Made by a program: the position numbers and the translations under genes. Of a stretch of DNA of 64,000 nt, positions 25,001-34,666 are shown piece after piece. Source of the stretch: Candidatus Delongbacteria bacterium (GTDB taxonomy: Bacteria > CAIWAD01); the NCBI GenBank assembly GCA_963663545.1, contig OY760505.1, positions 2,880,001 to 2,944,000 on the forward strand. The letters are read 5' to 3'. The number at the start of each line of letters is the position of its first letter. Position 1 is the first letter of the stretch. Under the pieces are notes generated by a model, which worked only from the letters and a program-made list of their open reading frames with translations, was not told the origin of the DNA and searched no databases.

Positions 25001-26362
25001 TTAGCTTTGAATACGGAGCACTCGTCCCCAACACGGTGGAATATCGAGACTCAAAACACCCTGTCTGCAACTGAAACGTTCGTGTTCATTGAGCCGATCA
25101 ACGGCAATGCTGTCCTTGCAAGAAAGCTGAATGGATACTGCTGTTGGCTGTTCAGATGCGTTGATGGCTACGACCACGTTTTCCTCTTCATGCCTTCGAA
25201 GGAAGACCAGCTGCTCGGCGGCCACGTGCAATTGCTTGTACCCGCCGTGTTGCAGGGCCGACGACTGGTGCCGGATTCGGCTGAAACGGACGATCGATTC
25301 AAACAGATCGGCCCGTCCTCGTCCTCGCAGTTCTGCCAGATGAAGCTCCGGGCGTAGCATCTGATCGCTGTCGGGGTGCTTCTGTCCTTCGATGCCCCAT
25401 TCGCTGCCGTAATACAACGACGGCAATCCAGGCATGCAGAACAGAAGTAGATACAAGGGAAAGAGCTGCTCCTGGCGCTGCAGAATGCTGGCCACACGGC
25501 TAACGTCGTGGTTGTCGGCGAAATTGTATAGGTATAAACCGCGATACAGTCCGCCATCGTCGTCGAAGAGGCGGCTCAGCGAATAGGCAATTTCAAAGCA
25601 GTTACGGTCGTTGAAGCTGGAGTAGAGCCCTTTGTAGCCTTCGTAGTTGGTTGTTGAATGAAGCACCTCGGGATTGGCCCACTGTCTGTAGTCGCCATGT
25701 ATCACCTCGCCCATCAACCAGAAGTCCGGTTTCTGCCCCTTCACAAACGCGGCGAGGCGCCTCATGAATGCTATGTCAAGTACATCGGCAGCATCCAGCC
25801 GTAAACCGTCAATCTCGAATTCCTCAATCCAGAAGCGCACCGCATCGAAGAGATGCTCTTCTACTTGAGGATGAAGGACATTGAGTTTGACCAGATTGTG
25901 GTGTCCATTCCAACCCGCATAAGAGAATGGATCACCGTAGGGGCTGCGCTGCTGGAAGTCCACTCCACAGAACCAGTCTTTGAAGTGCGAATGCTGTAGA
26001 TGCCGTTGAAGATCTTGGAAAGCATAGAATTCGCGACCGACGTGGTGGAAGACGCCATCCAGCACAACTCGAATTTCATTGCGGTGGAACTCATCGATAA
26101 CCTGCTTCAGCGTAAAATTGGTGCCTAGCCGACGATCAAGCTTGAAGTAGTCAATAGTGTCGTATCCGTGAGATTCAGACTCGAAAAGCGGACCCAGATA
26201 AACTGCGCTGATTCCCATCTCTATAAGGTGTGGAATCCATGTGCACACCCGTGTCAGAATTGCAGATGAAGCCAGGCTCAGGTTGTTGTGCGTCGGAGCT
26301 CCACAGAGTCCGAGAGGATAGATGTGATAGAAAATCGACTCTTCGTACCAGGCGTGGTGCAT
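25001..26362 (-). CDS. GH13 alpha-amylase/cyclomaltodextrinase-like glycosidase
   Basis: HGYDT, DGVFHH, DGLRLDAA, GEV, DNHD. Confidence 0.9.
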   Translation of the reverse strand: MHHAWYEESIFYHIYPLGLCGAPTHNNLSLASSAILTRVCTWIPHLIEMGISAVYLGPLFESESHGYDTIDYFKLDRRLGTNFTLKQVIDEFHRNEIRVVLDGVFHHVGREFYAFQDLQRHLQHSHFKDWFCGVDFQQRSPYGDPFSYAGWNGHHNLVKLNVLHPQVEEHLFDAVRFWIEEFEIDGLRLDAADVLDIAFMRRLAAFVKGQKPDFWLMGEVIHGDYRQWANPEVLHSTTNYEGYKGLYSSFNDRNCFEIAYSLSRLFDDDGGLYRGLYLYNFADNHDVSRVASILQRQEQLFPLYLLLFCMPGLPSLYYGSEWGIEGQKHPDSDQMLRPELHLAELRGRGRADLFESIVRFSRIRHQSSALQHGGYKQLHVAAEQLVFLRRHEEENVVVAINASEQPTAVSIQLSCKDSIAVDRLNEHERFSCRQGVLSLDIPPCWGRVLRIQS

Positions 26363-26382
26363 GAGGTTCTCCTTGATTATAC

Positions 26383-26397
26383 ATACCGATAGGTATA
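26383..26397. promoter_or_regulatory. TetR operator, copy 2
   Basis: ATACCGATAGGTATA, identical to the core at 27045-27059, just upstream of the amylase. Confidence 0.75.
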
Positions 26398-26468
26398 GAT
26401 GTTTATCAAACAAAAGGCTCGAGTTGTCTTCCGCTGCAGAGCAACGGGAGTCAGCACGAGCCTGGGTT

Positions 26469-27035
26469 CTAAGAGAAAATGCCGTACATGTACTGCTGAC
26501 AGGCGATGTAGGCGCGCTCGTCGTCCAAGGGAATTAGATCGTAGAAGTAGGTCGTGATGTATGCGTTGATCATTCCGAGGAATGTGATCGCATAGCGAGC
26601 ACTACGCCCACGCATGTTTCCGTGGTCCCCTTCTGCACTTCGAAAGACGGCTTCCAGCTTGGCGTATTGGCTCTCCACGAAAGGAAGGACGCTTCTACGG
26701 GCCTCGCTTTGCTCAGACGAGAACATCAGGGACAAGGCGAATCGATAGAGATCGGGTGAGGCGGTTGAGAATTGAAAATAGGCTTTGACAATGCTTTGCA
26801 ATGTGAATGTGATATCTCCGTGGTAGACGGTAATTCTGGAAAGTTCCTCAAGAAATGGATCGTAGTGCTGTGCCAGCAAGGTCGCGAGCAGTCCCTGTTT
26901 GCTCTCGAAATAATGATACAGTGTCGGCTTCTTGACCCCCACAGCCTCAACAATTCTCTGGATACCGACGTTTTCGTACCCGTGTGCCGCGAATAAGCTC
27001 AGTGCAGCTGCCAGCATTTCGTCTCGTTTACTCAT
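26469..27035 (-). CDS. TetR/AcrR-family regulator
   Basis: N-terminal HTH: LFAAHGY...GVKKPTLYHYFESK. Confidence 0.93.
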   Translation of the reverse strand: MSKRDEMLAAALSLFAAHGYENVGIQRIVEAVGVKKPTLYHYFESKQGLLATLLAQHYDPFLEELSRITVYHGDITFTLQSIVKAYFQFSTASPDLYRFALSLMFSSEQSEARRSVLPFVESQYAKLEAVFRSAEGDHGNMRGRSARYAITFLGMINAYITTYFYDLIPLDDERAYIACQQYMYGIFS

Positions 27036-27041
27036 GTCTCA

Positions 27042-27070
27042 AGTATACCGATAGGTATACTATCTGTCAA
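27042..27070 (-). promoter_or_regulatory. tetR sigma70 promoter with an overlapping palindromic operator
   Basis: Minus strand TTGACA-17 nt-TATACT; GTATACCGATAGGTATAC overlaps the spacer and -10. Confidence 0.8.
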
Positions 27071-27248
27071 GCACTCAGCTCTCCGAATGCACGCTCTTCC
27101 TAAGATATCGCAGATATAAATGACTTGCGTAAGGAAATCCCTTATGCCAATTCAGGGAATCCCCGATTGAAGCGGGAGGGTTCTAATGAGATTTTTGTAA
27201 CACGAAATTCCCCTACACCACGGATGGGATCCGAACCAAGGAGTGATA

Positions 27249-28463
27249 ATGTTCGAAACTGGTAACACTGGGTTCATGCTTGTCGCCACTTCGCTGGTGA
27301 TGCTGATGACTCCTGGTCTGGCCTTCTTCTACGGAGGACTGGTCGGCCGTCGGAACGTGCTCTCGATCATGATCCAGAGCTTCGTCTCTATGGGCGTAAC
27401 CACCATTCTATGGTACGCCGTTGGCTTCTCCCTTTGCTTCAGCGGAGGCGAAGGCGGGATTATTGGCAACCTCGACTGGGCCTTCCTGCGTGGAATCGGA
27501 CCCGACACGGCCTTTGGCGACGGTGCCATTCCCATGTATGTGTTCATCGCCTATCAAATGATGTTCGCCATCATTACTCCGGCGCTGATCACGGGCGCGT
27601 TCTCCAATCGCGTTCGCTTCCCGGCTTACCTGGTCTTCCTGGTACTCTGGCACCTGCTGGTCTACTTCCCCTTCGTGCACATGATCTGGGGCGGTGGCAT
27701 TCTGGCCAAGTGGGGCGTGTTGGACTTTGCCGGTGGCATTGCCGTGCACAACATCGCGGGTATGGCCGCGCTGGCTTCGGTGCTCTTTGTGGGCCGTCGC
27801 CGTGTTGAAGATCCGCAGCCGCACAGCATTCCGCTTGTGGCCCTGGGAACCGGTCTGCTCTGGTTCGGCTGGTACGGCTTCAACGCCGGTAGCGAGCTGG
27901 CCGTGGACAGTATCACCTGCCTGGCCTTCCTGAACACCGACATCGCCGCTTCCTTCGCCGCCATCACTTGGCTGCTGATCGAATGGACCGGCACCCGCAA
28001 GCCCAAGTTCGTCGGCCTGCTCACCGGTGCTGTGGCTGGTCTGGCCACCATCACCCCGGCAGCCGCTTTCGTGTCCCCCGCCAGTGCCGCCATCATCGGC
28101 GTGTCTGCTGGTGTGGTCTGCTATGGCGCCGTCAGCCTGAAGAACAAGCTGCGTTGGGATGACGCTCTCGATGTGTGGGGCGTCCACGGTGTGGGCGGTG
28201 CCTTGGGTATCGTCATGCTGGGTCTGTTGGGCTCCACCGCGATCAACGCGAACGGCGCCGACGGCCTCTTCTTTGGCGGCAGCGCTTTCTTTGGAAAGCA
28301 GATCGCGGCCATCGTGATTTCGAGTATCTATGCCTTTGCCTTTACCTATGGGATGCTGTGGGTGATCAATCTGATCACGCCGGTTCGTACCAGCGATGCC
28401 GAAGAGAGCCTGCTGGACGAGTCCTTGCACGGTGAGAGCGCTTACGAGACCCATGCCCTCTAA
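27249..28463 (+). CDS. amtB: Ammonium transporter
   Basis: MTPGLAFFYGG, DFAGG..VH, LWFGWYGFN, DDALDVWGVHG (twin His intact). Confidence 0.96.
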   Translation: MFETGNTGFMLVATSLVMLMTPGLAFFYGGLVGRRNVLSIMIQSFVSMGVTTILWYAVGFSLCFSGGEGGIIGNLDWAFLRGIGPDTAFGDGAIPMYVFIAYQMMFAIITPALITGAFSNRVRFPAYLVFLVLWHLLVYFPFVHMIWGGGILAKWGVLDFAGGIAVHNIAGMAALASVLFVGRRRVEDPQPHSIPLVALGTGLLWFGWYGFNAGSELAVDSITCLAFLNTDIAASFAAITWLLIEWTGTRKPKFVGLLTGAVAGLATITPAAAFVSPASAAIIGVSAGVVCYGAVSLKNKLRWDDALDVWGVHGVGGALGIVMLGLLGSTAINANGADGLFFGGSAFFGKQIAAIVISSIYAFAFTYGMLWVINLITPVRTSDAEESLLDESLHGESAYETHAL

Positions 28464-28473
28464 GGAGAAGACA

Positions 28474-29541
28474 ATGCGTACTGCTTTGATGACCATGCTG
28501 CTTGCGGGCAGCGCCCTGGCCCAGGTTAATATCAACGGCTTCGTAGATGCCAGTGTCGGCTATTGCCCTGATCCGCAGGAGCTGGGCTTCAGCATGGACC
28601 AGGTGGAGCTTGACATTACCCGCACCAATGACAATGGCCTCACGTTGCGTGCCGACCTGGAGTTTGTCGACGATGGTGAAGGCGGCTGGGATGCTGCTGT
28701 GGAGCAGGGCTTCATGAATCTCGCATTGCCTCTGCCCGTTGAGAGCAAGCTGACTTTCGGTCGCTTCAATGCGCCCATCGGCTTCGAGTGCCTGGATGCG
28801 CCGGACATGTACCAGTACAGCCACGCGCTGGTCTTCGACTATGGTCTGCCCACCAACTACACCGGTGGGATGCTGGACCTGGCCCTGACTCCGCAGCTGA
28901 ATCTGGCACTGATTCTGGCCAACGCCTGGGACGCCAACACCGAAACCGACATGGAAAAGACCTTTGGCGGACGCCTGAGTGCCAGCTTTGGTGACCTGAA
29001 CATCGGTCTTTCCTGGATCGTGGATCCGGAGCTTCAGTCTTCGGAAATCATGATTGATCCTGAGGATGGTTCCGAGGTCGAGATTGTCACGGAAGACAAT
29101 AGCCAGACGGTGTTTGACATCGATGTCGCCTACACCATGAACGCGCTGACCCTGGGGGCCGAGTACAACATGGGCACCTATACTGATGCCGCCGATGAGG
29201 ATTACTCCTGGAGCGGCTTCCTGGTCATGGGCCACTACGATTTCAACGATTTCATGGGTCTGACGCTGCGCTACGACATGTTTGACGATGGCGACAATGT
29301 GCGGGTTGATCCCAATGAAGTGGGAATGTCTGCGGGTAATGGATTCACCTATAGTGCCATCACCATTGCACCCACCTTCGTTCTGGGCGAGAACATGGGC
29401 GCCGTCCTCGAGTTCCGCATGGACACGGTTGACAAAGAGATCTGGCAGACCGACGACAGCGTAGAGCTGGAAGACGGCACCATCACTGATCTGACGGATA
29501 CGAAGCTCAGCATTGCTTTAGAGCTGACGTACACATTCTAA
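28474..29541 (+). CDS. Putative outer-membrane beta-barrel porin
   Basis: Signal peptide, GRFNAPIGFE, amphipathic strands, terminal YTF. Confidence 0.8.
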   Translation: MRTALMTMLLAGSALAQVNINGFVDASVGYCPDPQELGFSMDQVELDITRTNDNGLTLRADLEFVDDGEGGWDAAVEQGFMNLALPLPVESKLTFGRFNAPIGFECLDAPDMYQYSHALVFDYGLPTNYTGGMLDLALTPQLNLALILANAWDANTETDMEKTFGGRLSASFGDLNIGLSWIVDPELQSSEIMIDPEDGSEVEIVTEDNSQTVFDIDVAYTMNALTLGAEYNMGTYTDAADEDYSWSGFLVMGHYDFNDFMGLTLRYDMFDDGDNVRVDPNEVGMSAGNGFTYSAITIAPTFVLGENMGAVLEFRMDTVDKEIWQTDDSVELEDGTITDLTDTKLSIALELTYTF

Positions 29542-29625
29542 TCCTCCCACTTGAGCCTGCTTCGGCAGGGCTCGAGTTCCGTGGGTCTGTCGATCCTTCA
29601 ATTGCAGGGGAATGGATCGGCAAGG

Positions 29626-29658
29626 AAGAGCCTGTCGCAAGACGGGCTCTTTTCTTTT
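29626..29658 (+). terminator. Intrinsic terminator
   Basis: AAGAGCCTGTC-GCAA-GACGGGCTCTT plus T-run. Confidence 0.75.
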
Positions 29659-29745
29659 GTGTCACCGTGCTACAGAGGACACATTTGTGATCCAGCATGC
29701 TCTTCCTTAGCCTGAAGGGTGAAGTGAACACAATCCGGAAGATCG

Positions 29746-30366
29746 ATGGAAAGCGTGCTCAAATCCCTCTCCCTGTTGCTGGTTCTACTCAATCCCTTTC
29801 TGGTGGTCGTGTACCTGGTTGATGTGCTGGAGAAGCTCCCTGCCGCCAAATTCGGTCGCGTCCTGGCGCGTGCGGGCTTGATCGCCGGTGCGGTATTCTG
29901 CGCTTTCGCGGTGTTGGGGGATGCCATCTTTACCGAAGTGATGCAGGCCGAATTCGCCTCTTTCCAAATCTTTGGTGGTCTGGTTTTCCTACTTATTGCG
30001 TTCCAATTCGTGTTTCGAGGCCCACGGGCCATCGAGATTCTGCGCGGTGAGAGCGAGCACATTGCCGGTGCCATCGCCATGCCGATTCTCATCGGACCGG
30101 GAACCATCAGCGCTAGCGTGCTGGTGGGACAACGGCACAATCCATTGGCGGCATGCCTGGTGGTGCTGTGTGCTGTTGGCATTTCCCTGCTTGTCATGAT
30201 CCTGCTCAAGCTGCTGCACGACTACGTGCGCCCACGCAATGAAGGGCTGATACAACGCTACATCGAGATTGCCGGACGTATCACGGCACTCCTGGTGGGC
30301 ACGATCTCCATCGAGATGATCGTGCAGGGCGTCCATAGTTGGGTGAGCAAGTTTCTGGGCGCGTGA
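29746..30366 (+). CDS. MarC-family membrane protein
   Basis: LNPF, FQIFGG, AMPILIGPGTI; about 6 TM helices. Confidence 0.88.
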   Translation: MESVLKSLSLLLVLLNPFLVVVYLVDVLEKLPAAKFGRVLARAGLIAGAVFCAFAVLGDAIFTEVMQAEFASFQIFGGLVFLLIAFQFVFRGPRAIEILRGESEHIAGAIAMPILIGPGTISASVLVGQRHNPLAACLVVLCAVGISLLVMILLKLLHDYVRPRNEGLIQRYIEIAGRITALLVGTISIEMIVQGVHSWVSKFLGA

Positions 30367-30514
30367 TACGTGTTCGGCCAAAGGGATACGTTTAACACCG
30401 ACGCTTTGCGGCGCTACGCCTTTTGCTTGTTATCTTTGAACCGTTCTACGATGGATCTGATTCTTGCACTGCCCGCAATCTGTGATACAATTTGTGTTTG
30501 CCAAGAGGTGCCGC

Positions 30515-30922
30515 ATGCCAGTTCGCGTCGTTGTGAAGCAGGAGTTGGACCTGACGCAGTTCATCGTTGAAGGCGAATTCGCCTTTGAAGCGCAGATGGA
30601 GACCTTGCGTGCTTTCTATGAGGGGGAATACACGCACAACGTTCTGTGGGATCTGCGCACCTACACCGGCGAGCGCATTTCGTCACGCCAGTTGCAGCGT
30701 ATGGTGACCTATTTTGTGGATCACACGGACAAGCGTGCGGGAGGCAAAACGGCCATGGTGGTGCAAAACGATTTGGATTACGGGCTGGCGCGAATGGGAT
30801 CTGCCATTGCGGAAGTGAGCCAGTACCGCTGCGAGTTCGCCGTGTTCCGCACGTGCGAGGATGCGATGGATTGGCTAGCCGGCGCCCCCGGCACACGCAA
30901 ACCACCCTCCCTGTTCCAATAG
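30515..30922 (+). CDS. Hypothetical protein, STAS/SpoIIAA-like
   Basis: VLWDLR...KTAMVV...YGLARM...VFRT.EDAMDWL pattern; GAGG RBS. Confidence 0.7.
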   Translation: MPVRVVVKQELDLTQFIVEGEFAFEAQMETLRAFYEGEYTHNVLWDLRTYTGERISSRQLQRMVTYFVDHTDKRAGGKTAMVVQNDLDYGLARMGSAIAEVSQYRCEFAVFRTCEDAMDWLAGAPGTRKPPSLFQ

Positions 30923-30945
30923 CCTTTGATCGTTTTTGTGATACA

Positions 30946-30972
30946 AAACGCCCCGTGTGATACGGGGCGTTT
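30946..30972. terminator. Bidirectional hairpin with GTGATAC at the loop
   Basis: AAACGCCCCGT-GTGAT-ACGGGGCGTTT. Confidence 0.7.
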
Positions 30973-31166
30973 ATTGTATACGAGTGAAGCGGCAGAGGCA
31001 AGTGGTATTCCTTACTGAAAGCCTGGAAAGGCCAAGATGTAAATCCAGGTACTAGCCTGAGGCATAGGGGGCGGGGAAATTGCTCGATCAATTATTACAT
31101 CGTGAATATTAATACGCGACCAGTAAATAAAAATGCTGAAAACAAATGATAATTCCATACTTGGCA

Positions 31167-31195
31167 TTGACACAACGCGGCGGGAGTCCTAAATT
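31167..31195 (+). promoter_or_regulatory. sigma70 promoter of the truA run
   Basis: TTGACA-17 nt-TAAATT with AT-rich upstream DNA. Confidence 0.6.
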
Positions 31196-31226
31196 GCAAG
31201 CCTGTTCGATCATGCGGATGAAATAG

Positions 31227-32084
31227 GTGATGGATGGGCTCCAACCGGCACAGCCGGTGACGCAAACGGACAAACGTACGTTCTCTATCGAGCTTGCCTA
31301 CAATGGTGCGGCTTTTTTTGGTTGGCAGATGCAGCCGGGCACGCGCACCGTTCAAGGCGAAGTGAGAAGCTGGGTAGAACAGATCCTGAACCAGCCGGTA
31401 AATCTGGTGGGTGCGGGTCGAACCGATCGTGGCGTTCATGCGATGGCTTCGCTAGCCACTTTTGAAGCCTCCACTGCTATGCAGCCCATTCGTCTTGAAA
31501 AAGCCCTGCGTCGCGTGTTGCCGCAGGATATTTTTGTTCGCGCGGTCCGCGAGCGCCCCATGGGCTTTTCGGCCCGGTTCAGCGCCCGTGCCCGTGAGTA
31601 CGAGTACCGCATGCACCTGGGGCCCGATCCTTTTCAGCTGGGCCTGGCATGGTGTCTTGGGTACCGCCATTTGGATGTAGAGCGTATGCGGCGCAGTCTT
31701 GAACCGCTGAAAGGGCGTCTCGACTGCCGCGCCTTCTGCATCAGCAAAAGTCTGCCACCAACGGCCTGGTGCGATTTTCACCACATCGGACTGGAAGAGG
31801 TCGGTGGCAGCGGAGAAAGTGCGCTGCATTTTGTCGTGCGCTGCGACCGTTTTCTGCATTCCATGGTGCGCAGTCTGGTGGGCACTTTGGTTGATGTGGG
31901 ACGCGGGCGTCTTGAGGAAGGCATTTTTGCGGAGCTGATTGCCACGGGCGACCGCAGCCGCATTGGAGTAACTGCCCCGCCGGAGGGCTTGTACCTACGG
32001 CGTGTGTATTACGAGGATTTTGTGACCGGCGATTCGTTCGATGCCGTAGAAGCGGCTCCAACAGCGCCCCCAAGCCAAGGATAG
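31227..32084 (+). CDS. truA: tRNA pseudouridine(38-40) synthase
   Basis: YNG..F.GWQ.Q, GAGRTDRGVHA, FLHSMVR, APPEGL. Confidence 0.96.
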   Translation: MMDGLQPAQPVTQTDKRTFSIELAYNGAAFFGWQMQPGTRTVQGEVRSWVEQILNQPVNLVGAGRTDRGVHAMASLATFEASTAMQPIRLEKALRRVLPQDIFVRAVRERPMGFSARFSARAREYEYRMHLGPDPFQLGLAWCLGYRHLDVERMRRSLEPLKGRLDCRAFCISKSLPPTAWCDFHHIGLEEVGGSGESALHFVVRCDRFLHSMVRSLVGTLVDVGRGRLEEGIFAELIATGDRSRIGVTAPPEGLYLRRVYYEDFVTGDSFDAVEAAPTAPPSQG

Positions 32085-32090
32085 CACGAG

Positions 32091-32738
32091 ATGAAGTTCT
32101 TCATCGATACCGCCAATTTGGATGAGATCCGTGAGGCCAATGCCATCGGCATTCTGCACGGTGTGACCACCAACCCCACTCTCATCGCTCGCGAGAAGTG
32201 CGATTTCCGCGGTCGCATCCTCGACATTTGCAAGATCGTGGACGGCCCGGTCAATGCCGAAGTCATCAGCCTGGATGCCGAGGGCATGATCCGCGAGGGC
32301 AAGGAACTGGCTTCCATGCACGAGAACGTCTGTGTCAAGATTCCGATGACGGTCGAGGGCCTGAAGGCCGTGAGTGCCCTGTCCAAGGAAGGCATCATGA
32401 CCAATGTCACGCTGATCTTCCAGCCGCTGCAGGCGCTGATGGCCGCGCGCGCGGGTGCCAGCTTCGTCAGCCCCTTCGTTGGTCGCCTGGATGACATCGG
32501 CCAGGACGGCATGGAGCTGGTGGCGGACATCCGTCGTATCTACGACAACTTCAGCATCGACACCGAAATCATCGTAGCAAGCATTCGCAACCCGGTACAC
32601 GTGCTGGATAGCGCTCGTCTGGGCGCCGATATTGCCACCATCCCCTTTAAGGTAATCCAGCAGTTGGCGCAGCATCCGCTGACCGACAAGGGAATCGCCG
32701 CGTTCCTGAAGGATTGGGAGAACGTCCCCAAGGTTTGA
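32091..32738 (+). CDS. fsa: Transaldolase/fructose-6-phosphate aldolase
   Basis: [27 protein letters not shown]. Confidence 0.93.
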   Translation: MKFFIDTANLDEIREANAIGILHGVTTNPTLIAREKCDFRGRILDICKIVDGPVNAEVISLDAEGMIREGKELASMHENVCVKIPMTVEGLKAVSALSKEGIMTNVTLIFQPLQALMAARAGASFVSPFVGRLDDIGQDGMELVADIRRIYDNFSIDTEIIVASIRNPVHVLDSARLGADIATIPFKVIQQLAQHPLTDKGIAAFLKDWENVPKV

Positions 32739-32751
32739 GGCTGGAGGCAAG

Positions 32752-33936
32752 ATGAGCCGCGTCGTACACCGCGTTCTCGAAGGAGTCTGGTTACTGGTAG
32801 GCATGTTTCTGGGCCTGCTGCTGCTGCGCGCTTTCGTGCCCGGATTCGCCGGAGAAGAACAGGGCGGACTTTCCGACCCTGTTCAACGGGCGATGATCGG
32901 TGATACATTGCGTAGTGCGCGACAGACGGCGATCACGCGTGCTGTATCACAAGTGGAACCCGCTGTTGTGGGTATCAACGTGACACAAATGCAGCGCACC
33001 ATCGAGCGTAGTCCCTATCGCCGCGATCCCTTCTGGGGCCAGTTTTTCCCCGATCGTATCATTGAAAGACCGGTTGAGAACCTGGGCAGCGGCTTTATCA
33101 TCAGTTCCGATGGTCTGACCTTGACCAACGAGCACGTCGTCCACAATGCATCGCAGATCCTTGTGACACTGGCTGACGGGCGCGAAGTGAGTGCAGAGCT
33201 GGTGGGCGCAGACTACAATTCGGACATCGCTTTGCTGGATCTTGAGGGCGAAGACTATGCGCACATCGACATGGGCGATAGCGACGCAGTCCTCATTGGT
33301 GAGTGGGTGATGGCCATCGGCAATCCTTACGGCCTTTTCGCAGCTTCCAAGCCAAGTGTCACGGTGGGCGTGATCAGTGCGAACGACCGCGATTTCGGCG
33401 CACAGCGCGACGAGCGCGTTTACAAAAGCATGATTCAGACTGACGCAGCCATCAACCCCGGCAACTCCGGCGGTCCGCTGGTCAACGTCGCCGGCGAGGC
33501 TGTAGCCATGAATACCATGATCTACAGCCAGAGCGGTGGCAGCGTGGGCCTGGGCTTCGCCATTCCCATCAATCGCGTGCGCGCGGTGTTGGGTGACCTG
33601 ATGACGAAGGGACACGTCGACCGCGACATCTGGACAGGCATCTGGATCCGTGACCTCAGCCAGCGCATGGCGCAGGCGCTGGGGTATCGCGGCGAGGGTG
33701 GAGTGCTGGTGGTCGAACTGAATCCGGACAGTCCGGCGGAAGAAGCGGGGCTGCAGGTCAACGATGTCATTTTGAGTATCAATGGAAACAAAGTGTCGGA
33801 CAGCGGAGCCGTGACACGCATTATCCTCGAAGAGGACGTCAAGGTGGGCGATCGCCTGATTCTTGAGGTGCTTCGCGAGGGGCGCATCCTAACCATTGCG
33901 ATGACGGCGGGTTCGCGCGAACGGCGCACACATTAG
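32752..33936 (+). CDS. HtrA/DegP-family serine protease with a PDZ domain
   Basis: GSGF, TNEHV, DIALL, QTDAAINPGNSGGPL. Confidence 0.93.
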   Translation: MSRVVHRVLEGVWLLVGMFLGLLLLRAFVPGFAGEEQGGLSDPVQRAMIGDTLRSARQTAITRAVSQVEPAVVGINVTQMQRTIERSPYRRDPFWGQFFPDRIIERPVENLGSGFIISSDGLTLTNEHVVHNASQILVTLADGREVSAELVGADYNSDIALLDLEGEDYAHIDMGDSDAVLIGEWVMAIGNPYGLFAASKPSVTVGVISANDRDFGAQRDERVYKSMIQTDAAINPGNSGGPLVNVAGEAVAMNTMIYSQSGGSVGLGFAIPINRVRAVLGDLMTKGHVDRDIWTGIWIRDLSQRMAQALGYRGEGGVLVVELNPDSPAEEAGLQVNDVILSINGNKVSDSGAVTRIILEEDVKVGDRLILEVLREGRILTIAMTAGSRERRTH

Positions 33937-33961
33937 CAGGACAGGAAAGCAGGAGACACGA

Positions 33962-34666
33962 GTGGCTCGCAAGAAAGTGATCACCGAGGGACGCACTAAG
34001 AAGTTGCTCGCCACCGAACAGGAGAACGTGCTTCACCTGGAATTCGGTGACGAGATTGTGCTGCCTGGCGGGCGGACCCGCAAGCTGTTCAAAGGTAAGG
34101 GCGAAGTCTGTGCCCGTTTCTCGGAGGCCCTGTTTCGCTACCTCGACAGTTACAACATCCAGAACCATTACATGGAACTGGTGGACGCCAACCTGCTGAA
34201 GGTGCGCCGCCTGAACATGATGCCCCTCACCATGATGGTGCGCAACGTGGCTACTGGCGATCTGGTGGAGCGTTTTGGTGTTGAGGAAGGCACCACCCTC
34301 GATTATCCTGTGCTGGAGATGTATCTGAAGCAACCGCAACAGGAACATGTGGCCATCAACGACTCACACTGCCTGGCCTTCAACCTGGCCACTCAGGACG
34401 AACTGCGCGCCATTTGTCGCATTGCCAGCAAAGCCAACGCCATTCTGCGCAGCTTCTTCGATCGCCGTGGCGTGCTCCTGGTGGATTTCCGCCTGGAGTT
34501 CGGCAAGCTCGGTAACAACATCGTCATTGCCGATGAGCTAAGTCCCGACAATTGCAGACTCTGGGATCGGCGCACGCGCAAGAAGTACGATTTCGAGTGC
34601 ATCCGCAGCGGTCACAGTAGTGCGGAAACCGTGTACCGCGAGATTCTGGAGAAGGTGCTCGCCTGA
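33962..34666 (+). CDS. purC: SAICAR synthase
   Basis: EGRTK, RNVATG, LVDFRLEFG, ADELSPDNCRLWD. Confidence 0.9.
   Translation: MARKKVITEGRTKKLLATEQENVLHLEFGDEIVLPGGRTRKLFKGKGEVCARFSEALFRYLDSYNIQNHYMELVDANLLKVRRLNMMPLTMMVRNVATGDLVERFGVEEGTTLDYPVLEMYLKQPQQEHVAINDSHCLAFNLATQDELRAICRIASKANAILRSFFDRRGVLLVDFRLEFGKLGNNIVIADELSPDNCRLWDRRTRKKYDFECIRSGHSSAETVYREILEKVLA

Noticed and set aside
30923..31226. oriC-like AT-rich intergenic region
   Set aside because: No TTATCCACA DnaA boxes seen; the terminator, promoter and UP-like DNA explain it
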